A DNA stretch of 32,138 nt from Candidatus Methylomirabilota bacterium (GCA_016209725.1 JACQVO010000116.1:1-32138), one strand, 5' to 3'. Counted from the stretch's first letter, positions 16,420 to 25,744 are shown. A program made the numbers and translations. The notes: generated from the letters alone by a model not told the origin.

Positions 16420-17981
16420 CCACGACCTTCTTTGGATTCGAGCGGGAGGCGAATCTCGAAAATCGTCCCGCCGCCCGAAGGGCTGGTGGCTTCGATGGTC
16501 CCTCGGTGAGCCTCGACGATCTGCCGGGAGATGGCAAGGCCCAGGCCCGTCCCTTGGCCTTGCTCCTTCGTGGTGAAGAAGGGTTCGAAGATCCGCTCGC
16601 GGGCCTCCGGAGGAATGCCGGGGCCGGAGTCGGCAACCCGGAGGAAAGCCTTGCCATCGGCCACACCCGTCTCCACTCGGATCGAGCCGCCGGCCGGCAT
16701 GGCATCCACGGCATTGGTCAGCAGGTTGAGCACCACCTGCTGGATCTGATGTCCGTCCACCCAGACCTTTGGCAGGACGCCGTCGGTGGCGAAGCTGCAG
16801 GCGATCCCCTTCGCAGCCAGGACGGGAGCCATCAGGTCCGTGACGCCGCGAACGAGCTCATTCAGGTCGGTCGGCTCCGGGCGACGCGCGACACCCCGGG
16901 TGGCTGCCAGCCGCTCCTGCACGGTCTGCACGAGGCGCCGGACCTGTCCTTCAATGGTGACGAGACGCTGACGGTCTTGCTGGGTCAGGCCGAGGCTCCT
17001 GGCCAGGAGCTGCAGGTGAACGGAGATCGAGTTGAGCGGCGTGCCGATCTCGTGCGCGATCGCTGCGGTGAGTTGCCCCAGGGTTGCCAGGCGCTGGGCC
17101 CGGCCAAGCTGCCGTTGCAGGTCGAAGAGGAGCTCGTTGGCCCGCCGCAACGCCTCGTTCCGGTTGGCCAACTCCTGCGTGGCCTCGGCCACGCGGATCT
17201 GCAGGTCCTGGTTGAACCGGTTGATCCGCTCGAGAAGCTGGGTGTTCTCCTCGTGGCTCGTTCGGATCCGGCGGAGCATGTTCGTCAGGCCGTCGGCAAG
17301 CTGCCCCATCTCATCCTGTCGCGCGAGGACCGGGGCGACTGACAGGTCTCCCCGCTCGACCGCGACCATGGTGGCGAGCAGGGCGCGGATCGGCCGGTTG
17401 ATGTTCCGCTCCATGAAGAGGGCAAGGCTCACGATGATGGTCCCACTGGCCACGACGAGGACGAAAAGGAGTTGCTGACCCAAGTTGAGGGCGAGACGGT
17501 TCGCCCCCTCCAGGGAGATGGCGAGGGCGGCTACGCCGGCCGTGGCCCCGCCGAACCGTATCGGCGCCGCGGCGAGCCACGCCTCCTGACCGGCCGATGT
17601 CCCGGCCACAGTGACCGTCCGAGCCTCGGCGAAGGCCTGAGCTACGTATTCAGGCGGCCGCGGCGGCAATGTGTCGCGACTGGACGCGACCGGAATCAGC
17701 CCGTTGGGGCCGTCGGCGAAAATATCGAGCCGCCTGAGCGTCGGTCGCGCGGCCATGATGTTCCGGATCTGCAAGGCCAGCAGATCCCGGTTGGCCAATT
17801 CCTGGGGCGTTGTGATGCCGAAGGCGATGTCCGAGGCGATGGCAGCCGCCCGGTTCCTCACGTCGTCTCTCAGGGCATGAAAGGCGAGCCACCCGTGCAC
17901 GGCGCTGGCAGCCAGACTACTCCCGGCGGCGAGGCCGACGACGAGCGCGGTGATCTTCAGGCGGAGGGACCAGGATTTCAT
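16416..17981 (-). CDS. Sensor histidine kinase (2 TM, extracytoplasmic domain, HAMP, HisKA, HATPase_c)
   Basis: H-box [15 protein letters not shown]-box [11 protein letters not shown]-box [13 protein letters not shown], and a HAMP segment after the second TM. The stop overlaps the regulator start (ATGA). The start is taken at MKSWSLRL; the track ORF extends to 18080. Confidence 0.9.
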   Translation of the reverse strand: MKSWSLRLKITALVVGLAAGSSLAASAVHGWLAFHALRDDVRNRAAAIASDIAFGITTPQELANRDLLALQIRNIMAARPTLRRLDIFADGPNGLIPVASSRDTLPPRPPEYVAQAFAEARTVTVAGTSAGQEAWLAAAPIRFGGATAGVAALAISLEGANRLALNLGQQLLFVLVVASGTIIVSLALFMERNINRPIRALLATMVAVERGDLSVAPVLARQDEMGQLADGLTNMLRRIRTSHEENTQLLERINRFNQDLQIRVAEATQELANRNEALRRANELLFDLQRQLGRAQRLATLGQLTAAIAHEIGTPLNSISVHLQLLARSLGLTQQDRQRLVTIEGQVRRLVQTVQERLAATRGVARRPEPTDLNELVRGVTDLMAPVLAAKGIACSFATDGVLPKVWVDGHQIQQVVLNLLTNAVDAMPAGGSIRVETGVADGKAFLRVADSGPGIPPEARERIFEPFFTTKEQGQGTGLGLAISRQIVEAHRGTIEATSPSGGGTIFEIRLPLESKEGRG

Positions 17982-18241
17982 CGACTGTAGTCTCGGCAGC
18001 CGGTATCCGAACGCCCATATCTTAACCGAAAGTCCTCCCGGCGTCATCCTCGCAAGTCGGCGGCCGTCCCGGCGTAGCATGCAGTGGCCTCGAGCCGGGA
18101 CGCGAATATGACAGAGGGCATATGACGATTGGCAGATGGTTCGGCCTTCGGTTGCGCCATAGGCAATATGCCATGCGCCCCCGTCAGCCCCGACCGGACG
18201 GCCGACGTCCTTCCCGCGGCAATGGTCGAGATTACGTGGGA

Positions 18242-18478
18242 CTACACCTGCGCCTCTTTGCTTTCCTCGCGGACGGCGGACGGCAGGGCCTGCCAGGCGG
18301 AGCTCGCCAGGATGATGGCCGTCACGATGAGGAGGGCCAGGGAGATGGGGCGTGTGAAGAAAATGCCGTAGTCCCCCTGGGAGATGGAGAGGGATTCCCG
18401 CAGGCTCCGCTCCGTGCGGGGGCCCAGGATCAGGGTCAGGATGGCGGGGGCCAAGGGGCAGTCCAGCTTCTTGAACAA
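18242..18478 (-). pseudogene. C-terminal fragment of a TctA-family tripartite tricarboxylate transporter permease
   Basis: LFKKLDCPLAPAILTLILGPRTERSLRESLSISQGDYGIFFTRPISLALL matches the conserved C-terminus of TctA proteins (from memory). Only ~78 codons remain, and the upstream in-frame sequence is unrelated. Confidence 0.65.
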
Positions 18479-18519
18479 GGCCGTGCAGCGAGTTTCGTCT
18501 TCAACCCGGAGCCCAAAGG

Positions 18520-18693
18520 CTACTGCGCCCTGACGGCCTCCACCATCAGCCGCTTTATCTCCTCCAGGACGTCGTCTTTGGTAAGGACCCCCTTGCTCTC
18601 CAGGACGTTGAGCAGCGCGTCCAACTCGAAGGACTGGGCCAGCATGGCGTCTTCCAGGTCTACCCTCGGTTTACTCTTCGTCGCCTTTGCCAT
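18520..18693 (-). CDS. Small hypothetical protein (57 aa)
   Basis: MAKATKSKPRVDLEDAMLAQSFELDALLNVLESKGVLTKDDVLEEIKRLMVEAVRAQ. It has balanced, helical-looking composition and a purine-rich GGAAGGGGAAG just upstream. The rest of track ORF 18520..19389 is antisense shadow. Confidence 0.45.
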   Translation of the reverse strand: MAKATKSKPRVDLEDAMLAQSFELDALLNVLESKGVLTKDDVLEEIKRLMVEAVRAQ

Positions 18694-19230
18694 CGTCTTC
18701 CCCTTCCAGGCTCCGATCATCGTTGGCCGGACGGTTGCCGGGCAGGCGGTTGGCTGCCCTGCGAGTGCGGCGACTGGCAACGTGCCCGTTGGCTCTTCCT
18801 GCCGGCGTCTCGGCTGCGGGAAACCATCGGCTTGCGTCGGTCGGAGCCGAGCCTCCGGTCGACGAGTGGCGACAACTCCGCAGCACCCCGAGGGACGATG
18901 CAGCCCCCTGGAAGTGAGGATGGATTGTTGAGCCTTGTTCCCGGAAAAACGATCGGAACTGGGTGGCCTCGATGGGAAGGTAGCGATCACGGTCCCCTGT
19001 GTCAACGGAGAATGCCGGCCTCGTGCGGACCGCCACACAAAGGGCCGTGGGTCCCGAACTCGGCTGGCTGGTCTCTCGAGAGACCCTGCGTCTCGGGCTG
19101 GAGGGGCGGCGGTCGGCCCCAACGATTTTGCTTTTGACAGCCGCGTCCACCTATGGTACGCATTTCCTCGTTCGTCGGCCCCCAGGGATGCCGCGACTCT
19201 CCTCCGCATCAGGCAGAAAGGCACAACCGC

Positions 19231-20490
19231 ATGCATCATTTCCACTATCGCGGCGACGACCTCTATTGCGAGGAGGTGCCGGTCGCCCGGATCGCCTCCG
19301 AGGTCGGCACGCCGGCATATGTGTACAGCCACGCCACATTGACCCGCCACTTCCGGATCTTCGACCAGGCCTTTGCCGCCGTGCCGCACCTGGTGTGCTT
19401 CGCCATGAAGGCGAACGCGAACCTGGCGGTGCTGAAACTCTTCTCGGATCTGGGGGCCGGCCTGGACGTGATCTCCGGGGGGGAGTTATTCCGCGGTCTC
19501 AAGGTCGGAGTGCCGCCGCAGCGGATCGTGTTCGCCGGCCCCGGTAAGACGCGCGAGGAGATCGGCTACGCCCTGAAATCCGATATCCTGATGTTCAACG
19601 TGGAGTCGGGGCAGGAGCTTCGGTTGATCCACGAGGTGGCCTCGGGGATGGGCATGCGGGCGCGGGTGGCCCTGCGGGTGAACCCGGACGTGGACGCGAA
19701 GACCCACCCGTACATCTCCACGGGCTTGAAGCAGAGCAAGTTCGGCATCGACATCGAGCGCGCCGTGGAGGAGTACGAGGCGGCGAAGTCCCTGGCGGCT
19801 CTGGAGGTCGTGGGGATCCACCAACACATCGGCTCCCAGATTACCAAGGTCCAACCCTTCGTGGACTCGTTGGAGAAGACGGCGGGCCTGGTGCGGAGGC
19901 TGCGGGAGCAGGGGACGGATATCCGGTACATTGACGTGGGCGGCGGCCTGGGAATCACCTACAAGGACGAGGAGCCGCCCCTGCCCGCCGAATTCGCCCA
20001 GGCATTGATCGGGGTGGTCCGCGATCTGGGCGCCACGGTCGTCCTGGAGCCGGGGCGAGTCCTGGTGGGCAACGCCGGCATCCTGGTGACCCGCATCCTG
20101 TACACCAAGCAGAGCCCGGCCAAGAATTTCCTGGTGGTGGACGCGGGGATGAACGACCTGGCGCGTCCGAGCCTGTACGGATCCTACCACGCCATCCGTC
20201 CCGTGCGCCGCGTGGCCGATCGGCCCGACGTCACGGTGGACGTCGTGGGGCCGATCTGCGAGTCGGGCGACTTCCTGGCCAAGGACCGAGCCCTGCCCCG
20301 CTGCCAGCCGGGCGAGTTGCTGGCGGTGATGTCGGCGGGGGCGTACGGCCATAGCATGTCCTCCAACTACAATGCGCGGCCGCGGGCCCCCGAGGTGGTG
20401 GTCTGCGGGGATCGCATCCACGTGGTGCGCGCGCGCGAAACCTTCGACGATCTGATACGGGGCGAACGGACGCTGGACGAGGTGACGTAG
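19231..20490 (+). CDS. lysA: Diaminopimelate decarboxylase
   Basis: Internal ATG of track ORF 19153..20490 (MHHFHYRGDDLYCEEV...). Motifs FAMKANANLAVL (PLP Lys), DVGGGLGI and ICESGD. Confidence 0.93.
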   Translation: MHHFHYRGDDLYCEEVPVARIASEVGTPAYVYSHATLTRHFRIFDQAFAAVPHLVCFAMKANANLAVLKLFSDLGAGLDVISGGELFRGLKVGVPPQRIVFAGPGKTREEIGYALKSDILMFNVESGQELRLIHEVASGMGMRARVALRVNPDVDAKTHPYISTGLKQSKFGIDIERAVEEYEAAKSLAALEVVGIHQHIGSQITKVQPFVDSLEKTAGLVRRLREQGTDIRYIDVGGGLGITYKDEEPPLPAEFAQALIGVVRDLGATVVLEPGRVLVGNAGILVTRILYTKQSPAKNFLVVDAGMNDLARPSLYGSYHAIRPVRRVADRPDVTVDVVGPICESGDFLAKDRALPRCQPGELLAVMSAGAYGHSMSSNYNARPRAPEVVVCGDRIHVVRARETFDDLIRGERTLDEVT

Positions 20491-20541
20491 GCCGGGACGA
20501 AGGCAGGCCGGACAAACGCAGGCACGTCGGGAGGTGCGGCC

Positions 20542-21426
20542 ATGGCAAAGCGGGTATTTCAGGGCTCTCTGGTGGCGCTCGTCACGCCGTTTCGGGACGG
20601 AAAGGTGGACGAGGCCAAGCTGAAGGAGTTGGTGGAATTCCAGATCGCCGGCGGGACCGATGCTATCGTCCCCTGCGGGACCACGGGTGAATCGCCGACC
20701 CTGGACCACGACGAGCACAAGCGGGTCGTGGACGTCGTGATCGCCGCAGTCAACAAGCGGGTTCCGGTGGTGGCCGGCACAGGCTCCAACAGCACGGCCG
20801 AGGCCATCACCCTTACCAAGCACGCCAAGGCCTCGGGCGCCGACGGGGCCCTGGTCGTTCTCCCCTATTACAACAAGCCCACCCAGAAGGGGTTGATCGA
20901 GCACTGCCGGGCCATCGCGGACGCGGCGGACCTGCCGCTCATCCTCTACAACATCCCGGGGCGCACCGGCGTGAACATGCTGCCCGAGACGCTGGCGCAA
21001 CTGGCCGATCATCCCAATATCGTCGGGATGAAGGAGGCCACGGGCAACCTGGAGCAGATGACCCAGGACATCGTCCTGTGCGGCGACAAGCTGAGTTTCC
21101 TGTCGGGCGACGACACGCTGACATTGCCGCTGATGGCGGTGGGCGGGCGCGGGATCATCTCGGTGGTGGCCAACATCGTCCCCAAGGACGTGGCGGACAT
21201 GACCCACGCCTTCCTCAACGGGGATTGGAAGCGGGCCCGGGAGCTCCACCTCAAGCTCTTCCCCCTCTGCCAGGCCATGTTCATCGAGACCAATCCCATC
21301 CCGGTGAAGACCTCGCTGGCCATGATGGGCAAGATTCGGGAGGAGTTCCGCCTGCCGCTCTGCCCGATGACCGAGGCCAACCGGAAGAAGCTGGAGACCG
21401 CCCTCCGAAGTTACGGGCTGCTGTAG
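20542..21426 (+). CDS. dapA: 4-hydroxy-tetrahydrodipicolinate synthase
   Basis: GTTGESPTL, YNKP, and GMKEATG (Schiff-base Lys); 294 aa. Confidence 0.95.
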   Translation: MAKRVFQGSLVALVTPFRDGKVDEAKLKELVEFQIAGGTDAIVPCGTTGESPTLDHDEHKRVVDVVIAAVNKRVPVVAGTGSNSTAEAITLTKHAKASGADGALVVLPYYNKPTQKGLIEHCRAIADAADLPLILYNIPGRTGVNMLPETLAQLADHPNIVGMKEATGNLEQMTQDIVLCGDKLSFLSGDDTLTLPLMAVGGRGIISVVANIVPKDVADMTHAFLNGDWKRARELHLKLFPLCQAMFIETNPIPVKTSLAMMGKIREEFRLPLCPMTEANRKKLETALRSYGLL

Positions 21427-21430
21427 AGCC

Positions 21431-21450
21431 GACAGTGACAGGGACAGGGA
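21431..21450. repeat. (GACAGNG)x3 tandem heptamer directly after the dapA stop
   Basis: gacagtg acaggg acaggga, starting 5 nt after TAG 21424-21426. Confidence 0.5.
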
Positions 21451-21561
21451 GCGAGCCCGGGGTGGAGGCAAAGAGGGATTGTCCTTCCGGACACTAGACT
21501 GGCTTTTCCCGGTGAACCGGATGGGAGGGCAGAAGCGCTGAGCTGGTGTCGACTTCAATAG

Positions 21562-21639
21562 CCGTTCGCCCTGAGTCCCGCCCTGGCGGGATCGAAGGGC
21601 GGACGGGCACCCGTGTTTCGACAGGCTCAACACGAACGG
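21562..21639. repeat. REP/MITE-like palindromic element, divergent copy 2
   Basis: ccgttcgccctgag...atcgaaggg ... tttcgacaggctcaacacgaacgg has the same termini as the copies at 6331 and 31794, plus an extra internal hairpin cccgccctggcggg. It generates the peptide PFVLSLSKHG on the minus strand. Confidence 0.65.
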
Positions 21640-21700
21640 CAACTACCGACGGGGTCCCAATGTTCGCATATGGGGTGGGAGGAACAGGGAGGGATTGGCC

Positions 21701-22507
21701 GTGATCAAGGCCGTCGTCACGGGTGCCTCGGGGCGCATGGGAAAGCGACTGATCGCCCTGCTCCGTGAGAGCGGAGAGTTCCAGGTCGCGGGAGCGGTGG
21801 AGCGCAGGGACCACGTGGACCTGGGACGGGACGCGGGAGAGGTGGCCGGGGTCGGCCCACTGGGCGTGTCCATCGTGGACGCCATCGGCAAGGCGCTCCC
21901 CGGTGCGCAGGTCGTCCTGGATTTCACGGCGCCTGCGGCCGCCATGCAGCACCTGGAGGCGGCGAGCCAGGCCGGGGTGGCCGCGGTGGTCGGCACGACC
22001 GGGTTGAGCGAGGCGGACCTGAAGCGGGCCCGCGAGCTGACCGCCGGGATCCCCTGCGTCCAATCGCCGAACATGAGCGTGGGGGTCAACGTCCTGTACG
22101 GAGTCCTGGCGGATGTCGCGCGGACGCTGGGAGACGGGTACGACATCGAGGTGATCGAGGCGCACCACCACTTCAAGAAGGATTCCCCCAGCGGCACGGC
22201 GGATCGGATGGCCCGCGTGCTGGCGGAGGCCCTGGGGCGCGACCTGCGCAAGGCGGGCGTGTACGGGCGGCACGGAATCGTGGGCGAGCGGACGAAGGAA
22301 GAGATCGGCGTTCACGCCATCCGGGCCGGCGACATCGTGGGGGAGCATACGATCCTGTTCGGCGGGATGGGGGAGCGTATCGAGATCATCCACCGCGCCC
22401 ACAGCCGGGACAACTTTGCATACGGCGCCCTGCGGGCCGCCCGCTGGGTCGTGGGCAGATCCCCCGGCCTGTATGACATGCTGGATGTCCTGGGACTGAG
22501 AAAGTAG
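21701..22507 (+). CDS. dapB: 4-hydroxy-tetrahydrodipicolinate reductase
   Basis: VVTGASGRMG NAD(P) motif and the EAHHHFKKDSPSGTA signature. The start is GTG 21701 or TTG 21695. Confidence 0.93.
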   Translation: MIKAVVTGASGRMGKRLIALLRESGEFQVAGAVERRDHVDLGRDAGEVAGVGPLGVSIVDAIGKALPGAQVVLDFTAPAAAMQHLEAASQAGVAAVVGTTGLSEADLKRARELTAGIPCVQSPNMSVGVNVLYGVLADVARTLGDGYDIEVIEAHHHFKKDSPSGTADRMARVLAEALGRDLRKAGVYGRHGIVGERTKEEIGVHAIRAGDIVGEHTILFGGMGERIEIIHRAHSRDNFAYGALRAARWVVGRSPGLYDMLDVLGLRK

Positions 22508-22626
22508 AGTCGAGAGACGAGAGTCGCGAGCCGAGACCACGGGGAAGGACCCGGGCGGCGGCGACGGGGGAGCCGGAGCCCGGGACGGGCCCCCGGGTGA
22601 TCAATGCCGAGACGGAAGGGACAGGG

Positions 22627-22705
22627 GCGACAGCGACAGGGATGGCCGACAGCGAGAAGTTCTCGGAGGACCCCTTCGGATTTCGCTGTCGGATCACGCT
22701 GTCGG
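22627..22705. repeat. CGACAGCG tandem units with inverted CGCTGTCGG x2 (hairpin) in the dapB-dapL spacer
   Basis: gcgacagcgacagg at 22627-22640. ccgacagcga (22646-22655) pairs perfectly with tcgctgtcgg (22683-22692). A second cgctgtcgg lies at 22697-22705. Confidence 0.7.
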
Positions 22706-22733
22706 ATTTCGGTTCTTTCTGAAAGGGACGGGC

Positions 22734-23912
22734 ATGGCTGAGCACACGCAGGCGAACCGGCTTCAGGCACTCCCGCCGTACCTGTTCGCCGAGATGGACC
22801 GGATGAAGCAGGAGCAGGTGAAGAAAGGGGTGGACATCATCAGCCTCGGGATCGGCGATCCCGACTTGCCGACGCCCGCCCACATCGTGGAGGCGTTGGC
22901 CAGGGCTGCGGCCGATCCGGCGAATCACCAGTATCCGTCCTACGAGGGGATGCCGGCCTTCCGGGCGGCGGCGGCCGATTGGTACCGGGCTCGCTTCGGC
23001 GTGACCCTCGACCCGGCGACGGAGGTCCTGAGCCTCATCGGCTCCAAAGAGGGGATCGGGCATTTCCCGCTGGCCTTTGTGAATCCCGGCGATGTGGTCC
23101 TGATCCCCGACCCCGCCTATCCGGTGTACCAGGCCGGCACGGTCTTCGCCGGCGGCGTACCGCATCCGATGCCCCTCACGCGCGCCCGCGACTTCCTGCC
23201 GGACCTGGACGCCATTCCGGGCGATGTCCTGAAGCAGGCACGGGTCCTCTGGCTGAACTACCCCAACAACCCGACGGGGGCGGTGGCGCCGCGGGAGTTC
23301 CTGGCCCGGGCAGTGGAGTTCGCCCGCCGCCACCGGCTGATCCTGGCCCACGATGCGCCGTACTCCGAGATGGCCTATGACGGTTACCGCCCCGAGAGCG
23401 TGCTGAGCGTCACCGGCGCCAAGGAGGTCGCGGTCGAGTTTCATTCGCTCTCCAAGACCTACAACATGACTGGCTGGCGCGTGGGATTTGCGGTGGGGAA
23501 TGCGGCGATCCTGGCAGGCCTCGGACGCATCAAGACGAACCTGGACTCCGGTATATTCCAGGCGGTGCAGGTCGCCGGCATCGCCGCCCTGACCGGGCCG
23601 CAGCAGGTTGTGGCGGACAACTGCCGCGTGTACCAGGCACGGCGGGATGTGCTGGTGGGGGCATTGCGGGAGATGGGGTTCGATGTTCAGGTGCCCAGGG
23701 CGACCTTCTACCTGTGGGTGCCTGTGCCGAAGGGGTTCACCGCGAAGAGCTTCAGCATCGAGGTCCTGGCGAAGGCCGGGGTCGTCCTCACGCCCGGGAG
23801 TGGCTTCGGCGCGGCCGGTGAGGGGTACGTTCGGGCCGCTCTCACGGTCGGCGTGGACCGCATCCGCGAGGCGGTGGAGCGCCTCCGGAAACTGGGAATC
23901 CGGGGGAACTGA
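22734..23912 (+). CDS. dapL: LL-diaminopimelate aminotransferase (DapL-type class I aminotransferase)
   Basis: N-terminal LPPYLFAEMDRMK...ISLGIGDPDLPTP and SLSKTYNMTGWRVG (PLP Lys). It follows dapA-dapB, and no dapD/dapE/dapC genes are seen here. Confidence 0.8.
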   Translation: MAEHTQANRLQALPPYLFAEMDRMKQEQVKKGVDIISLGIGDPDLPTPAHIVEALARAAADPANHQYPSYEGMPAFRAAAADWYRARFGVTLDPATEVLSLIGSKEGIGHFPLAFVNPGDVVLIPDPAYPVYQAGTVFAGGVPHPMPLTRARDFLPDLDAIPGDVLKQARVLWLNYPNNPTGAVAPREFLARAVEFARRHRLILAHDAPYSEMAYDGYRPESVLSVTGAKEVAVEFHSLSKTYNMTGWRVGFAVGNAAILAGLGRIKTNLDSGIFQAVQVAGIAALTGPQQVVADNCRVYQARRDVLVGALREMGFDVQVPRATFYLWVPVPKGFTAKSFSIEVLAKAGVVLTPGSGFGAAGEGYVRAALTVGVDRIREAVERLRKLGIRGN

Positions 23913-23920
23913 GGAAAGAC

Positions 23921-23990
23921 GTTCGGCTGTACGGCAGTTCGGCAGTACGACGGTACCGCCGAACGGTCGAACGGTCGAACCGCCGAACGC
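23921..23990. repeat. Composite hairpin GTTCGGC x2 / GTAC centre / (CGCCGAAC, GGTCGAAC) x4
   Basis: gttcggctgtacggcagttcggcagtacgacggtaccgccgaacggtcgaacggtcgaaccgccgaacgc fills the whole dapL-folB spacer. It belongs to the same family as 6477-6549. Confidence 0.8.
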
Positions 23991-23992
23991 TT

Positions 23993-24349
23993 ATGCGGGA
24001 TCGGATTCTCATCCACGGCATCCAGTTCCACGGGCATCACGGGGTGCGCGAGGAGGAGCGGAAGCTCGGCCAGCGCTTCGTGGTGGATGTGGATCTCCGG
24101 CTCGACCTGGCGCCCGCGGCCGGCGCCGACAACGTCGCCGCCACGGTGGACTACGAGCGGGTGCACGCTCTGGTGGAGGAAGTGGGGACCCGGGAGTGCT
24201 TCAACCTTTTGGAGACCCTGGCAGAGCGGATCGCCTCCACCATCCTGGAGCGGTTCCCGGTGCGGCAGGTCACGATCCGGGCCACCAAACCCTCGCCGCC
24301 CATCGCCGGCATGGTCGGCGGGGTCTCCGTGGAGATCACACGACCGTGA
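23993..24349 (+). CDS. folB: Dihydroneopterin aldolase
   Basis: 118 aa. IHGIQFHGHHGVREEERKLGQRFVVDVDL is typical of FolB. Confidence 0.9.
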   Translation: MRDRILIHGIQFHGHHGVREEERKLGQRFVVDVDLRLDLAPAAGADNVAATVDYERVHALVEEVGTRECFNLLETLAERIASTILERFPVRQVTIRATKPSPPIAGMVGGVSVEITRP

Positions 24350-24846
24350 CGGTCCAGGCGTTCGTGGGCATCGGCTCCAACCTGGGTGACCGCCTGGCCT
24401 ATTGCCGGGCGGCGCTGGACCGGCTCGCCCTGCTGCCGGGCACGACCCTCACGCGAGTCTCCCCTTTCTTCGAGTCGGAACCCCGGGAGGGTGTGGAGGG
24501 GGGGCTGTTCCTGAACGGGGTGGCGGAGATCGCCACGCGCCTCTCACCACGAGAGCTCCTCGGTCACCTGCAGGGGATCGAGGCGGCCCTGGGTCGCCCG
24601 CCGGACCATTTGCCGGGGACCGCGCGGAGCATGGATCTGGACATCCTGCTGTACGGCGAGACCGTGCTGCACGAGCCCGACCTGACGATTCCCCATCCCC
24701 ACATGGCGGCGCGGCGGTTCGTGCTGGCGCCTCTTACCGCCCTGGCGCCCGCGGTTCGTCATCCCCTCTTGAAGCTCACCGCGGCGGAGTTGCTTCGCCG
24801 TCTCGGCCCGGAGGCCTCGGCGGTCCCCCTGGGGGTGCGCGGATGA
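24346..24846 (+). CDS. folK: 2-amino-4-hydroxy-6-hydroxymethyldihydropteridine pyrophosphokinase
   Basis: The GTG overlaps the folB stop (GTGA). Motifs AFVGIGSNLGDR, RSMDLDILLYG and IPHPHMAARRFVL. The upstream part of track ORF 23608..24846 is shadow. Confidence 0.9.
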   Translation: MTVQAFVGIGSNLGDRLAYCRAALDRLALLPGTTLTRVSPFFESEPREGVEGGLFLNGVAEIATRLSPRELLGHLQGIEAALGRPPDHLPGTARSMDLDILLYGETVLHEPDLTIPHPHMAARRFVLAPLTALAPAVRHPLLKLTAAELLRRLGPEASAVPLGVRG

Positions 24847-25499
24847 AAAAGACGCCGACGCCCCCCCGCTACATCGTGGTGGAGGGCGCCATCGGGGTGG
24901 GGAAGACGAGCCTCGTGGACCTCCTGGCGGAGCGTCTGGGGGCGCGGAAGCTCCTGGAGGTGGCCGAGGACAACCCGTTCCTCCCGAATTTCTACAAGGA
25001 CCCGCGGCGCTCCGCCTTCCAGACCCAGCTCTGGTTTCTCCTGAACCGGTTCCGCCAGCAGCAGGAACTCGGCCAGTTCGACCTGTTCCGCCAGACCCTG
25101 GTGGCCGACTATCTGTTCGCCAAGGACAAGATCTTCGCCTATCTCACGCTGGAGGATCACGAGCTGGCCCTCTACGAGCGGGTCCACGCGCTGCTCCAGG
25201 TGCGGGTGTCCACGCCGGACCTGGTGATCTTCCTCCAGGCGAACACCGAGGCGCTCCTGCAGCGGATCGCGATCCGGGGCAAGGGGTACGAGCGGGAGAT
25301 TGACCGCAAGTACCTGGCCGACCTGAACGAGGCGTACACGCATTTCTTTTTCCATTACACCGCGTCGCCGCTGCTGGTGGTGAATACCAGCGACATCGAC
25401 TTCGTCAACCGCAGGGAGGACTTCGAGGACCTGATCAAGAAGATCGGGGAGACCCGCGCGGGGATGCACTACTACGTACCGCTTGGATCCCGCAGGTAA
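24843..25499 (+). CDS. Deoxynucleoside kinase family protein
   Basis: The ATG overlaps the folK stop (ATGA). P-loop VVEGAIGVGKTSL and RIAIRGKGYE (LID-like Arg-rich motif); 218 aa. Confidence 0.8.
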   Translation: MKKTPTPPRYIVVEGAIGVGKTSLVDLLAERLGARKLLEVAEDNPFLPNFYKDPRRSAFQTQLWFLLNRFRQQQELGQFDLFRQTLVADYLFAKDKIFAYLTLEDHELALYERVHALLQVRVSTPDLVIFLQANTEALLQRIAIRGKGYEREIDRKYLADLNEAYTHFFFHYTASPLLVVNTSDIDFVNRREDFEDLIKKIGETRAGMHYYVPLGSRR

Positions 25500-25524
25500 A
25501 ACCAGAGGGACCGAGACGGCCTAG

Positions 25525-25553
25525 GATTGCGGCAATCGGGCAATCGGGCACTC
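25525..25553. repeat. GATTGC + (GGCAATCG)x2-3 tandem octamer after the kinase stop
   Basis: gattgcggcaatcgggcaatcgggcac. The unit is closely related to the GGCAATCA unit at 4024-4044. Confidence 0.65.
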
Positions 25554-25708
25554 CGGGAAAATGGAATTCCGGATAGCCCCGCCGCAGGCGGGGTTGCCTG
25601 AGCACCTGGGTGCCGAGCGGCTGCACCGCCTGCCGGCCTGGAGGCGCCGGAGCCCATGGGGGACCGGGAGCCTCTCCAGGACCGGAGGGAGGGTGCGCCG
25701 GTGTCATT

Positions 25709-25744
25709 GGCCTTCCGGATCGGTCCGGAAGGCCTTTGTGCTTT
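25709..25744 (+). terminator. Intrinsic-terminator-like hairpin upstream of panB
   Basis: ggccttccgga-tcgg-tccggaaggcc forms a perfect 11-bp stem with a tetraloop, followed by tttgtgcttt. It ends ~20 nt before the panB AAGGAGGGG RBS. Confidence 0.55.

Noticed and set aside
15289-17342. Plus-strand ORFs 15289..16509 (406 aa) and 16227..17342 (371 aa)
   Set aside because: They are antisense to the clearly recognisable sigma-54 regulator and histidine kinase genes.
18694-19230. Lysine riboswitch or another known ncRNA (RNase P, SRP, tmRNA, 6S) upstream of lysA
   Set aside because: I could not recognise the conserved core motifs of these RNAs by eye. A covariance-model scan is needed before any call.
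18122-19389. ORFs 18122..18931 (+, 269 aa) and the part of 18520..19389 (-) beyond 18693
   Set aside because: They have shadow-like R/G/P/S composition and overlap each other as well as the lysA 5' end. Only the last 57 codons of the minus ORF look protein-like.
19486-21642. 718-aa minus-strand ORF
   Set aside because: It is antisense to lysA and dapA, which are unambiguous. The composition is R/G/P/H/L-rich, and its N-terminus (MPFVLSLSKHG) is simply the translated REP-like element.
23608-25499. Long N-terminal extensions of track ORFs 23608..24846 and 24402..25499
   Set aside because: These extensions run out of frame through dapL/folB and folK. The folK and kinase genes start at the coupled GTGA (24346) and ATGA (24843) junctions.
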